Assembly: GCA_021828545.1 (NCBI GenBank) | Contig: JAJZEN010000081.1 | Coordinates: 1,849-65,848, forward strand | DNA: 64,000 nt | Direction: 5' to 3' | From: Actinomycetes bacterium | GTDB taxonomy: Bacteria; Actinomycetota; Acidimicrobiia; Acidimicrobiales; RAAP-2 | Shown here: in pieces, positions 38,372 to 47,092 of the stretch | How positions within the stretch are numbered: the first letter of the stretch is position 1 | How the letters are laid out: each line of letters opens with the position of its first letter | Notes under the pieces: model-generated | Seen by the model: the letters and a program-made list of their open reading frames with translations, nothing else | What the model was told of the DNA's origin: nothing | Database searches by the model: none | Made by a program: the position numbers and the translations under genes

Positions 38372-39868
38372 TTAACGAACGCCCAGATCACTCGGGCCGC
38401 TTGACCACAGTCGCGATATCCAGGCCTCGATCTCCTCAACGCTGCGTGGCAGGGCCGCCGAGAGATTCACCGAGCCCTCGGCGGTGACCAAGATATCGTC
38501 TTCGATGCGTACGCCGATCCCGCGATATTCCTCGGGGACACTCAGGTCATTGGCTTGGAAGTACAGTCCGGGTTCGACGGTCAAGACGTAGCCCTCGACG
38601 AGGTCCCCGTGGTACAACTCGTTGCGCGAGTTGGCGCAGTCGTGCACGTCGAGGCCCAGCATGTGACTCGTCCCGTGCAAGGTGTAGCGCCGATGGAGCT
38701 GGCGATCTGGACGAAGCGCCTCGTCGGGGTCCACCGTCAAAATACCGAGGTCGCAGAGGCCTTCGGTGAGGACCCGCATGGCCGCACGGTGCGGCGAGCG
38801 AAAATCGACCCCGGGACGTACTTCCTCGATTCCGGCCTGTTGGGCCGCGAGCACAAGCTCATAGACGCGACGCTGGGCGGGCGAGAAGCGCCCGTTGATG
38901 GGCATCGTGCGCGTCACGTCAGCGGTGTAGAGCTGGTGGCATTCCACACCGGCGTCGAGCAGGAGCAAATCACCGTCGTGGACCTGTCCGTCGTTGCGAG
39001 TCCAGTGCAGGATGGTGGCGTGCGATCCGCTCGCCGCGATCGTGTCGTAGCCGACGTCATTTCCTTCGACCCGCGCGCGCAGGTTAAAGACACCCTCGAT
39101 GACGCGCTCGCCACGGCCCACCGCGGCGGGCAGTGCACGGACGACGTCCTCGAAGCCGGCCACCGTGTGCGCGATGGCTTCGCGGAGTTGGGCTACCTCG
39201 TAGTCGTCCTTCACGAGTCGCATCTCGGACAGGTGCGTCGCGAGTCGATCCTCGTCCTCGTGGGCGGGGACGAGTGCGTCGACGGACGCATCGAAACCTC
39301 GTACGTTCAAGGTGGTGGTCGCGGCGAGTTCCGCGAGGTCCGGTGCCAACTTCTCGAGTGGGGCGGTGGCAATACCGTAGTAGTGCGCGCATTCTTCAAC
39401 GCCGCGGCGCGGGCCGACCCATAGTTCGCCGTATCGCGCGTCGGTGTAGAAGTCGTGAGAACGCGCATCTCGTCGAGGCGCGACGTAGAGCGTGCTCCGT
39501 GGACCGGCGGCGCTGGGGGAGATGACCACGACGGCGTCGGGCTCTTGACAACCCGTCAGGTAGAAGAAGTCGGTTCCGGCGCGGAATCGGTAGTCAGTGT
39601 CGTTGGCGCGCACCTTGGGATTGCCCGTGGACACGACGAGGGTCGCGTCGCCAAAGTGGCGAGCCAGGGCATCGCGACGCGCGGCGAAGCGTACGACACC
39701 CGGATGCACGTCACCACTCGGGTCGACCGGCGCCCACTGCGACGTCATGAAGTCCACCAGCGTCCGGGGGATGGGTGGGCGATGGTAGCCCGCCCAGACC
39801 CAGTGTTGCGAGAGGGGCTGGGCTTCGGAGACGTCGGGCTCGGGTGCGTCAGAGGTAGCGTCGTTCAT
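38372..39868 (-). CDS. pepP: Xaa-Pro aminopeptidase (M24B)
   Basis: LDAG..YTADVTRT, HMLGLDVHD, EPGLY and RIEDD. Start revised to ATG 39868 (TAAGTT box 7 nt upstream). Confidence 0.92.
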   Translation of the reverse strand: MNDATSDAPEPDVSEAQPLSQHWVWAGYHRPPIPRTLVDFMTSQWAPVDPSGDVHPGVVRFAARRDALARHFGDATLVVSTGNPKVRANDTDYRFRAGTDFFYLTGCQEPDAVVVISPSAAGPRSTLYVAPRRDARSHDFYTDARYGELWVGPRRGVEECAHYYGIATAPLEKLAPDLAELAATTTLNVRGFDASVDALVPAHEDEDRLATHLSEMRLVKDDYEVAQLREAIAHTVAGFEDVVRALPAAVGRGERVIEGVFNLRARVEGNDVGYDTIAASGSHATILHWTRNDGQVHDGDLLLLDAGVECHQLYTADVTRTMPINGRFSPAQRRVYELVLAAQQAGIEEVRPGVDFRSPHRAAMRVLTEGLCDLGILTVDPDEALRPDRQLHRRYTLHGTSHMLGLDVHDCANSRNELYHGDLVEGYVLTVEPGLYFQANDLSVPEEYRGIGVRIEDDILVTAEGSVNLSAALPRSVEEIEAWISRLWSSGPSDLGVR

Positions 39869-39901
39869 GACGTCCAACTTACCGTCGCGACGCGACGGCG
39901 C

Positions 39902-40489
39902 CTACTTCGCGGTCGTACGATCCACGAGTCGCCAGGCGCCGGGTAACAAGGTGCCCGCGACGACTACTTTGGCGAGGTCGAAGATCAAATACGGCGTCAT
40001 ACCGATGGAGACGGCCTTGAGCAGCGAGACGTGAAGGTCCAGCGCGAGCCACGGGACGCCAATTGAATAGATGGCGAGCTCGCCGATGATGAAGAGGCCC
40101 AGCGCACTCACGACGTTGCGATCGTTACCCTTGGACGCGAGCCAACTCATCAACGTCACCGAGAGGAGGAAGCCGATGAGGTAGCCGAAGAGTAGCGACG
40201 AGTAACCATGTGTGCCCCCGGCCAACCACGGCAGTCCCGCCACCCCCGCCACCGTGTAGAGCGTCATGGCCGCGACGGCGCGCCGCACGCCGAGTGTCGA
40301 ACCGACGAGTAGCACCGCGAGCGTCTGACCGGTGAAGGGGACGACGAAGGGATGCACGTAAAAGGAGATTCGCGCGAGAGCGCCCACGAACGCGGCGGCA
40401 CCCACCACGAGGAGGACGTCAGTGAGGAATGACGAGGGGACAACGTCCGCGAGGACCGCACGGCGGGTTGAGACGGCGACAGTGGACAT
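39902..40489 (-). CDS. bioY: Biotin transporter BioY
   Basis: VPFTGQTLAV, AGLPWLAGG and GYLIGF motifs. Start is ATG 40489 after AAGGAG. Confidence 0.9.
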   Translation of the reverse strand: MSTVAVSTRRAVLADVVPSSFLTDVLLVVGAAAFVGALARISFYVHPFVVPFTGQTLAVLLVGSTLGVRRAVAAMTLYTVAGVAGLPWLAGGTHGYSSLLFGYLIGFLLSVTLMSWLASKGNDRNVVSALGLFIIGELAIYSIGVPWLALDLHVSLLKAVSIGMTPYLIFDLAKVVVAGTLLPGAWRLVDRTTAK

Positions 40490-40551
40490 GAAAAACTCCT
40501 TCAGGGGTGGTCGTTGCACCACTGTAGGTCAGGGCTCGAGGCCGCTGGGCG

Positions 40552-41346
40552 TTACTCGGCGGTAGCGACCCAGCCGTGGTCACGAGCGATCTGTTCGGGG
40601 TCACCGATGCGCAGCCCCGAACGGTGTTGGAGCGTGCGAATCAAACCGCCCGCTTCGTAGAGGGACTCGTGCGTCCCGGTGTCGAGCCAGGTCGTGGCGC
40701 GCGAGAGGGTCTGCACGTGCAACTCCCCACGTTCGAGATACGCATTGTTGAGCGCGGTAATCTCGAGTTCTCCCCGTGCGCTGGGTGTGAGGGTCTGGGC
40801 GAGGGTCGACGCTTTCTCGTCGTAGAAGTACAGACCGGGAATCGCGTAGCGACTCTTGGGTTCCTTAGGTTTCTCCTCGATGGACAGGACCTTGCCGTCG
40901 TCGCCGAACTCCACCACGCCGTAGGACGTCGGGTCCGATACCTCGTAGGCGTAGATCAGGGCGCCTTCCACGTCGAGGTTCTGACTCAGGTGGGATCCCA
41001 ACCCGGGTCCGTAGAACAAATTGTCGCCGAGAATCAGTGCGCACTTATCGCCGTCGAGAAACTCCTCGCCGAGAATGAGCGCTTGAGCCAGACCATTGGG
41101 TTGTTCTTGGACCACCCAGGAGATCGACAGTCCCAGGTGCGAGCCGTCGCCGAGGAGGCGCTGGAACGCGGCCTGATCGTGGGGGGTGGTGATGAGCAGA
41201 ATGTCGCGCAGCCCACTGAGCATCAACGTACTCAGTGGGTAATAGATCATGGGTTTGTCGTAGACCGGCAACAACTGCTTGGACGTCGCGCGGGTGATGG
41301 GGTGCAGGCGCGTGCCGCTTCCGCCCGCCAGAATGATTCCCTTCAC
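40552..41346 (-). CDS. rfbA: Glucose-1-phosphate thymidylyltransferase
   Basis: KGIILAGGSGTRLHP, SKQLLPVYDKPMIYYP, SARGELEIT and WLDTGT. Start revised to GTG 41346 (TATACT box 6 nt upstream). Confidence 0.95.
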   Translation of the reverse strand: MKGIILAGGSGTRLHPITRATSKQLLPVYDKPMIYYPLSTLMLSGLRDILLITTPHDQAAFQRLLGDGSHLGLSISWVVQEQPNGLAQALILGEEFLDGDKCALILGDNLFYGPGLGSHLSQNLDVEGALIYAYEVSDPTSYGVVEFGDDGKVLSIEEKPKEPKSRYAIPGLYFYDEKASTLAQTLTPSARGELEITALNNAYLERGELHVQTLSRATTWLDTGTHESLYEAGGLIRTLQHRSGLRIGDPEQIARDHGWVATAE

Positions 41347-41396
41347 TCCATTAGTATAGGAGTCCGTCATCCCCTACCCAAGGCCGAGGTTTCGCC

Positions 41397-42368
41397 ATGC
41401 GCATTGTGATTACCGGAGCCGCCGGATTCATCGGCTCGCGCTTCGTCGAGATGCTTCTGGCGTCGCCGGAACCGCACTACGAGGACGTCGTGATCTTGGA
41501 CGCGTTGACCTACTCGGGTCGACGCGACAACATCGAGGGTGCGCTGCGCGATTCGCGGGTGAGTTTCGTCGAGGGTTCCATCACCGACCCGGAGGTGACC
41601 GACGAGACGCTACGCGGCGCCCAGGCGGTCGTGCATTTCGCCGCCGAGAGCCACGTCGACCGTTCCATCACGGGCGCACGCACGTTCTTCGAAACGAACG
41701 TCATCGGTACCCAGACCCTGCTCGAGAGTGCGCGACGTCACCAGGTGGAGCGATTCGTCCACGTGTCGACGGACGAAGTCTACGGATCGATCGCGCAGGG
41801 TTCGTGGCGCGAGGACCATCTCCTCGAGCCCAACTCGCCCTATTCCTCGTCCAAGGCGGGATCGGACTTGGCGGCGCTGGCGTATCACCGAACCTACGGT
41901 CTACACGTGAACGTGACGCGTTGCTCGAACAACTATGGTCCGCGGCAGTACCCCGAAAAGGTGATCCCGCTCTTCGTCACCAATCTCATGGACGGTCACC
42001 CGATTCCGCTGTACGGCGACGGCCTCAATGTGCGCGACTGGCTGCACGTGGACGACCATTGCCGCGGCATCCTGCTCGTTCTTGGTGGTGGTCGCGCCGG
42101 CGAAATCTACAACATTGGTGGTGGAACGGAACTCACCAACAAGGAGTTGACGTATCGTCTCTTGCAACTCTGTGACAAGACCACTGAGAGCATTGAGGTG
42201 GTCGCGGACCGTCTCGGGCACGACCGGCGCTACTCGGTCGACTGCTCCAAGATTCGCAACGAACTCGGGTATCAGCCTCAGGTGGACTTCAGCGAGGGCC
42301 TGGCCGCGGTCGTGCGGTGGTACCTCGACAATGAGACGTGGTGGCGCCCCTTGAAGGAGGCCCGATGA
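41397..42368 (+). CDS. rfbB: dTDP-glucose 4,6-dehydratase
   Basis: TGAAGFIG, HFAAESHVDRSI, STDEVYG and YSSSK motifs. Confidence 0.96.
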   Translation: MRIVITGAAGFIGSRFVEMLLASPEPHYEDVVILDALTYSGRRDNIEGALRDSRVSFVEGSITDPEVTDETLRGAQAVVHFAAESHVDRSITGARTFFETNVIGTQTLLESARRHQVERFVHVSTDEVYGSIAQGSWREDHLLEPNSPYSSSKAGSDLAALAYHRTYGLHVNVTRCSNNYGPRQYPEKVIPLFVTNLMDGHPIPLYGDGLNVRDWLHVDDHCRGILLVLGGGRAGEIYNIGGGTELTNKELTYRLLQLCDKTTESIEVVADRLGHDRRYSVDCSKIRNELGYQPQVDFSEGLAAVVRWYLDNETWWRPLKEAR

Positions 42369-42928
42369 ACGTGCGCGAACTCGACATCGTGGGACTCTTC
42401 GTCGGCGAATCACGCGTTTTCGGCGACGAACGGGGTTTCTTTCGTGAATGGTACAAGTCCAGCGACTTCGAGACGGCGGGCATCACGTTCGCGGCGGAGC
42501 AGGCCAATTTGTCAATATCCTCACGCAATGTGGTGCGCGGACTGCACTATTCATTGGCCCCTCGGGGACAAGCCAAGGTTGTCACTTGCGTCTACGGTAC
42601 CCTCGACGACGTCATCGTGGATATTCGCGTCGGCTCGCCCACCTTCGGGAGTGTGGTCACGGTGGCTCTCGGGGCCGATCAAGGCACGACCGTCTTCTTG
42701 CCGGCGGGTGTCGCGCACGGGTTTTGCGTGACCTCAGACACCGCGGCGTTGTCCTACTTGTTGTCCTCGCCCTACGACGCGCCCCACGAGTTCGAGATTA
42801 ACCCCCTCGACCCCGACGTCGACGTGCCCTGGGCACTCGGCGGAGAAGCAATCTTGAGCGAGAAGGACGCCGCCGCACCATCCCTGGCCCAACGGCGCGC
42901 GGCGGGTGAGCTCCCCCACTTTTCCTGA
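42365..42928 (+). CDS. rfbC: dTDP-4-dehydrorhamnose 3,5-epimerase
   Basis: DERGFFREW, VRGLHY and GVAHGF motifs; ATGA overlap with rfbB. Confidence 0.95.
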   Translation: MNVRELDIVGLFVGESRVFGDERGFFREWYKSSDFETAGITFAAEQANLSISSRNVVRGLHYSLAPRGQAKVVTCVYGTLDDVIVDIRVGSPTFGSVVTVALGADQGTTVFLPAGVAHGFCVTSDTAALSYLLSSPYDAPHEFEINPLDPDVDVPWALGGEAILSEKDAAAPSLAQRRAAGELPHFS

Positions 42929-42972
42929 GTCGCTCGGGACTCGACGTGTCCCACGTTGCTAGCCTGACCTAG

Positions 42973-43965
42973 GTGAGTATGGCTTCCCTTCGCCCGGCCG
43001 AGGTGCGCGCGCGCGGCGTCCTCATTCCTACGGTCGTCTCGATTCCCTCCATCGATACCGACGAGGAGCTCCGGCGCCACGTCCGATCGCTCAGCGGGGT
43101 CGACGCCGTGGGACTCGAGAGTCGCGTGGCGAAATTAGGCACGCGTTCGTTGAAGTTGTCGACCAAGATGACCGCGATTGACCTCGCGATCTCGATGGTC
43201 GACCTGACGACACTCGAAGGCGCCGACACTCCCGGGCGCGTCTCGTCACTGTGCGCCAAAGCGCGCCGACCCGATCCGACTGACGCGGTCGTTCCCCACG
43301 TGGCCGCGGTCTGCGTCTACCCGGACCTCGTCGCGCTCGCCGGGCGTGCACTGGCGGACACGTCGGTGGCGGTGGCGTCGGTGGCGACGGCGTTCCCTTC
43401 GGGTCGAGCCTCCCTCGGGGTCAAGTTGCACGACGTCGCCGAAGCGATTGACGCGGGGGCCGACGAAATCGACATGGTGATCGACCGCGGTGCTTTCCTC
43501 GCGGGTCGCTGGGGCCAGGTATTCGACGAGATCGTGGCGGTCAAGGCCGCGTGCGGTGACGCGCACCTCAAGGTGATTCTCGAGACGGGCGAACTGGTCA
43601 CCTACGACAACGTCAAACGCGCGAGTTGGATTGCGATGCTCGCCGGTGCGGACTTCATCAAGACATCCACGGGCAAGGTGGGCGTCAACGCAACGTTACC
43701 GGTCGCTCTGGTCATGCTCGAGGCGGTACGTGACTTCGCCGAACTCTCCGGTCGCGTGACCGGAGTCAAGGTGGCCGGAGGGATTCGCGGTACCAAGGAT
43801 GCCCTCAGATATCTCGTTCTGGTCAACGAGACCGTGGGCGACGCGTGGCTCTCCCCGGAGTATTTTCGTTTTGGTGCGTCGTCACTTCTCAACGACCTAT
43901 TGATGCAGCGGCGCAAGCAGCTTTCCGGCGTGTATCCGCGACCCGACGAATTCTCGGGGGACTGA
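42973..43965 (+). CDS. deoC: Deoxyribose-phosphate aldolase (long form)
   Basis: DLTTLEGADT, KVILETGEL, DFIKTSTGK and GVKVAGGIR motifs. Confidence 0.95.
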   Translation: MSMASLRPAEVRARGVLIPTVVSIPSIDTDEELRRHVRSLSGVDAVGLESRVAKLGTRSLKLSTKMTAIDLAISMVDLTTLEGADTPGRVSSLCAKARRPDPTDAVVPHVAAVCVYPDLVALAGRALADTSVAVASVATAFPSGRASLGVKLHDVAEAIDAGADEIDMVIDRGAFLAGRWGQVFDEIVAVKAACGDAHLKVILETGELVTYDNVKRASWIAMLAGADFIKTSTGKVGVNATLPVALVMLEAVRDFAELSGRVTGVKVAGGIRGTKDALRYLVLVNETVGDAWLSPEYFRFGASSLLNDLLMQRRKQLSGVYPRPDEFSGD

Positions 43966-43966
43966 C

Positions 43967-45430
43967 ATGATCGAGAACTCCGCGACGTCGCCACTGGGTG
44001 CGTTGCGCTACGACGTCGCCCCCGAGTCCGCGTCCCTGGCGCACCTACGCAAGAGTTACGGTCTATTCATCGACGGTGATTTCACGCCCCCGGAGTCCCA
44101 CGAGCAGTTCGAGACCATCAATCCAGCCACCGGAGAGACGCTGGCGACGGTGGCCCTCGCGGACACGGCCGACGTCGACCGAGCCGTCGCCTCGGCGCGC
44201 CGCGCCTACGAACGGGTCTGGAGCTCCACCCCCGGTACCGAGCGTGCGAAGTACCTGTACCGCATTGCTCGGCTCATCCAGGAGCGTTCGCGCGAATTGG
44301 CGGTCGTCGAGACCCTCGACAATGGGAAACCTATTCGAGAATCGCGTGACGTCGACGTGCCCCTGGCCGCAGCGCACTTCTTCTACTACGCGGGCTGGGC
44401 GGACAAGCTCGAGCACGCCGGTTTCGGCGCGCACCCCCGGCCTCTCGGTGTGGCCGGACAGATCATTCCGTGGAACTTCCCGTTGCTCATGGCGGCGTGG
44501 AAACTCGCGCCCGCGTTGGCCGCGGGTAACACCTGTGTCTTGAAGCCCGCGGAGACGACGCCGCTCTCGGCCCTGGTTCTCGCGGAGATCCTTCAACAGG
44601 CAGGACTTCCCGAGGGCGTGGTGAACATCATCACGGGCGACGCCACGACCGGGGCGGCGTTGGTGGAACACCCCGGGGTCGACAAGATCGCCTTCACCGG
44701 TTCTACCGAAGTCGGGCGCCTGATCCAAGAGCGCGTGGCCGCGACGTCGAAACGGTTGACCTTGGAATTAGGTGGCAAGGGTGCCAATATCGTTTTTGAG
44801 GACGCGCCCATCGACGAGGTGATCGAGGGCATCATTGATGGAATTTTCTTCAACCAGGGTCACGTGTGCTGCGCCGGATCGCGCCTGCTCGTCCAGGAGT
44901 CCGTCGCCGACGAAGTACTACGTCGCCTCCTGCGCCGCGTCGATCAATTGCGTGTCGGGGACCCCATGGATAAGAACACTGACGTGGGGGCGATCAACTC
45001 ATTGGCGCAATTGGAGCGCATTCGTGAACTTACTGACTGGGGTGAGCGAGAAGGTGCTACTCGCTACACCAGCGCCTGTGCGCTACCCGACAAGGGTTTG
45101 TGGTTCGCGCCCACGGTTTTCTCCGACGTGGCCCAGAGCCACCGCATCGCCCGTGAGGAGATCTTCGGTCCCGTACTCTCTGTCCTGACGTTTCGCACCC
45201 CCGAAGAAGCGGTGACCAAGGCGAACAATTCGAAGTACGGATTGGCGTGTGGGGTGTGGAGCGAGAAGGGGAGTCGCACGCTGTGGGTCGCCCAACGACT
45301 GCGCGCCGGCGTCATCTGGGCCAACACCTACAACAAGTTTGATCCAACCAGCCCCTTCGGGGGTGTGCGCGAGTCGGGTTTTGGCCGCGAGGGTGGGCGT
45401 CACGGTCTCGAGGCGTACCTCGATGTCTGA
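43967..45430 (+). CDS. NAD-dependent aldehyde dehydrogenase (catalytic)
   Basis: IIPWNFP, FTGSTEVG, LELGGK (Glu), GHVCCAG (Cys) and EEIFGP. Confidence 0.95.
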   Translation: MIENSATSPLGALRYDVAPESASLAHLRKSYGLFIDGDFTPPESHEQFETINPATGETLATVALADTADVDRAVASARRAYERVWSSTPGTERAKYLYRIARLIQERSRELAVVETLDNGKPIRESRDVDVPLAAAHFFYYAGWADKLEHAGFGAHPRPLGVAGQIIPWNFPLLMAAWKLAPALAAGNTCVLKPAETTPLSALVLAEILQQAGLPEGVVNIITGDATTGAALVEHPGVDKIAFTGSTEVGRLIQERVAATSKRLTLELGGKGANIVFEDAPIDEVIEGIIDGIFFNQGHVCCAGSRLLVQESVADEVLRRLLRRVDQLRVGDPMDKNTDVGAINSLAQLERIRELTDWGEREGATRYTSACALPDKGLWFAPTVFSDVAQSHRIAREEIFGPVLSVLTFRTPEEAVTKANNSKYGLACGVWSEKGSRTLWVAQRLRAGVIWANTYNKFDPTSPFGGVRESGFGREGGRHGLEAYLDV

Positions 45431-46274
45431 GCGACTCGAAGTGAACAAAACCTTCAAACTCGTGGTGAAGGGCGCCTTCGTGCGCTCGGAGTCGGGCCGG
45501 AGCTACGAAGTGCGTGACGCCGCGGGTGGGTTTCTGGCCAACGTGGCCCAGGCGTCGCGCAAGGATCTTCGCGACGCGGTCGTGGCCGCGCGCGCCGCGC
45601 AAGGGGCGTGGTGGGATGCGAGCGCGTACAACCGCGGTCAGGTTCTCTATCGCTGGGCCGAGATGGCCGAGTCGCGTCGTGACGAACTCGTCGACCTCGT
45701 GGGTGCGGTGGAGGGTCACAAGAAGAAGGACGCCCTCGGGCACGTTGGGCGGGCGATCGACCGTATCGTCTGGTACGCGGGGTGGACCGACAAAGTGGCG
45801 CAAGTGCTCGGAGGGGCGAATCCCGTCGCGGGCCCCTTCTTTAATTTCTCCCAGCCCGGGCCCTGCGGCGTGGTCGGCGTGATCGCACCTCAGGAGTCCT
45901 CCCTCGAAGGATTCGTCAATTGCGTGGCGGCGCCCCTGTGCGTGGGTAATGCGGTGGTCGCGGTCGCGAGTGAGCAGCGACCGACGCCGGCCCTGGCGTT
46001 GGCTGAGATGTCGGTCACGTCAGATTTCCCCCCGGGCGTCCTCAACGTCCTCTCGGGGTTCGGCGCCGAGCTGATGGGACAGTTGGCTTCGCACGGCGAC
46101 GTCGACGGAATCGATCTGAGTGGGAGCGGTGACGCCGCCGACGAGTTGGCGAGAGTGGCCGCCGACTCGATCAAGCGCGTCTACCGCGAGAGAAGCAACG
46201 ACGTCGAGAATCCTCTGCGCCGACTACGAACCTTTGTCGAGACCACCACGGTCTGGCACACGATAGGACAGTGA
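45423..46274 (+). CDS. Truncated ALDH-like protein lacking the catalytic domain
   Basis: Rossmann-like half (PPGVLNVLSG); no ELGGK or catalytic Cys; ends TTTVWH. ATG 45423 overlaps the upstream stop. Confidence 0.85.
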   Translation: MSERLEVNKTFKLVVKGAFVRSESGRSYEVRDAAGGFLANVAQASRKDLRDAVVAARAAQGAWWDASAYNRGQVLYRWAEMAESRRDELVDLVGAVEGHKKKDALGHVGRAIDRIVWYAGWTDKVAQVLGGANPVAGPFFNFSQPGPCGVVGVIAPQESSLEGFVNCVAAPLCVGNAVVAVASEQRPTPALALAEMSVTSDFPPGVLNVLSGFGAELMGQLASHGDVDGIDLSGSGDAADELARVAADSIKRVYRERSNDVENPLRRLRTFVETTTVWHTIGQ

Positions 46275-47092
46275 TGACCAATCCCTTCGAACTCGCGATT
46301 CAAGCCGCCGATGAGCTTCGAGTTCGAAGTGGAGTGGACGCCTACGACCTCGCCGTCGTGCTGGGCTCGGGGTGGAAGGAGGGCGCGGTCGCGCTGGGCC
46401 CGCCCTTCGCGGACGTACCCAGCGGTACGCTGCGGGGCTTCGTGACGCCGACGGTGGTGGGTCACGCGGGCCAGATTCTCTCGGTCAAGGTCGCGGGCGC
46501 GAACGTGGCACTCGTTTCGGGGCGCGTCCACCTCTACGAGGGCAATACGGCCGATCAAGTGGCTCACTCGGTGCGGACGCTGATAGCGGCCGGGGCCAAG
46601 ACCGTCATCTTGACCAACGCGTGCGGGGGGATCGACCCCACCAAGGGACCGGGCTCGGTCGTGCTCATCAAGGATCACCTCAATCTGACGGCCACCTCGC
46701 CGCTAGAAGGATTGGCGCCCCCCGAACCTTTCGGATCACGGTTCGTGGACCTCACGGATCTCTATAGTAAACGCCTGCGCGCCGCCGCACTGCTCGCGGC
46801 TCCCGAACTGACCGAGGGCGTGTACGCAGGTTTTCGCGGACCCCACTACGAGACGCCGGCCGAGATCACGATGGCGCGCACCATGGGTGCGACCCTGGTC
46901 GGTATGTCGACCGTGCTCGAAGCGATCGCCGCGCGTCACATGGGCGCTGAGGTCCTCGGGCTCAGTCTGGTTTCGAACTTCGCGGCCGGCACCACGCAGG
47001 CACCGCTCAGTCACCTCGAAGTACTCGAGGCCGGACGAACGGCGTCCGCCTCGCTCGGGGGACTTCTCGCGCGACTCATCCCGGTCCTGTGA
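46271..47092 (+). CDS. punA: Purine nucleoside phosphorylase (family 2)
   Basis: VLGSGW, GRVHLYEG, TNACGG, GPHYETPAE and GMSTVLE motifs. Confidence 0.93.
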   Translation: MMTNPFELAIQAADELRVRSGVDAYDLAVVLGSGWKEGAVALGPPFADVPSGTLRGFVTPTVVGHAGQILSVKVAGANVALVSGRVHLYEGNTADQVAHSVRTLIAAGAKTVILTNACGGIDPTKGPGSVVLIKDHLNLTATSPLEGLAPPEPFGSRFVDLTDLYSKRLRAAALLAAPELTEGVYAGFRGPHYETPAEITMARTMGATLVGMSTVLEAIAARHMGAEVLGLSLVSNFAAGTTQAPLSHLEVLEAGRTASASLGGLLARLIPVL

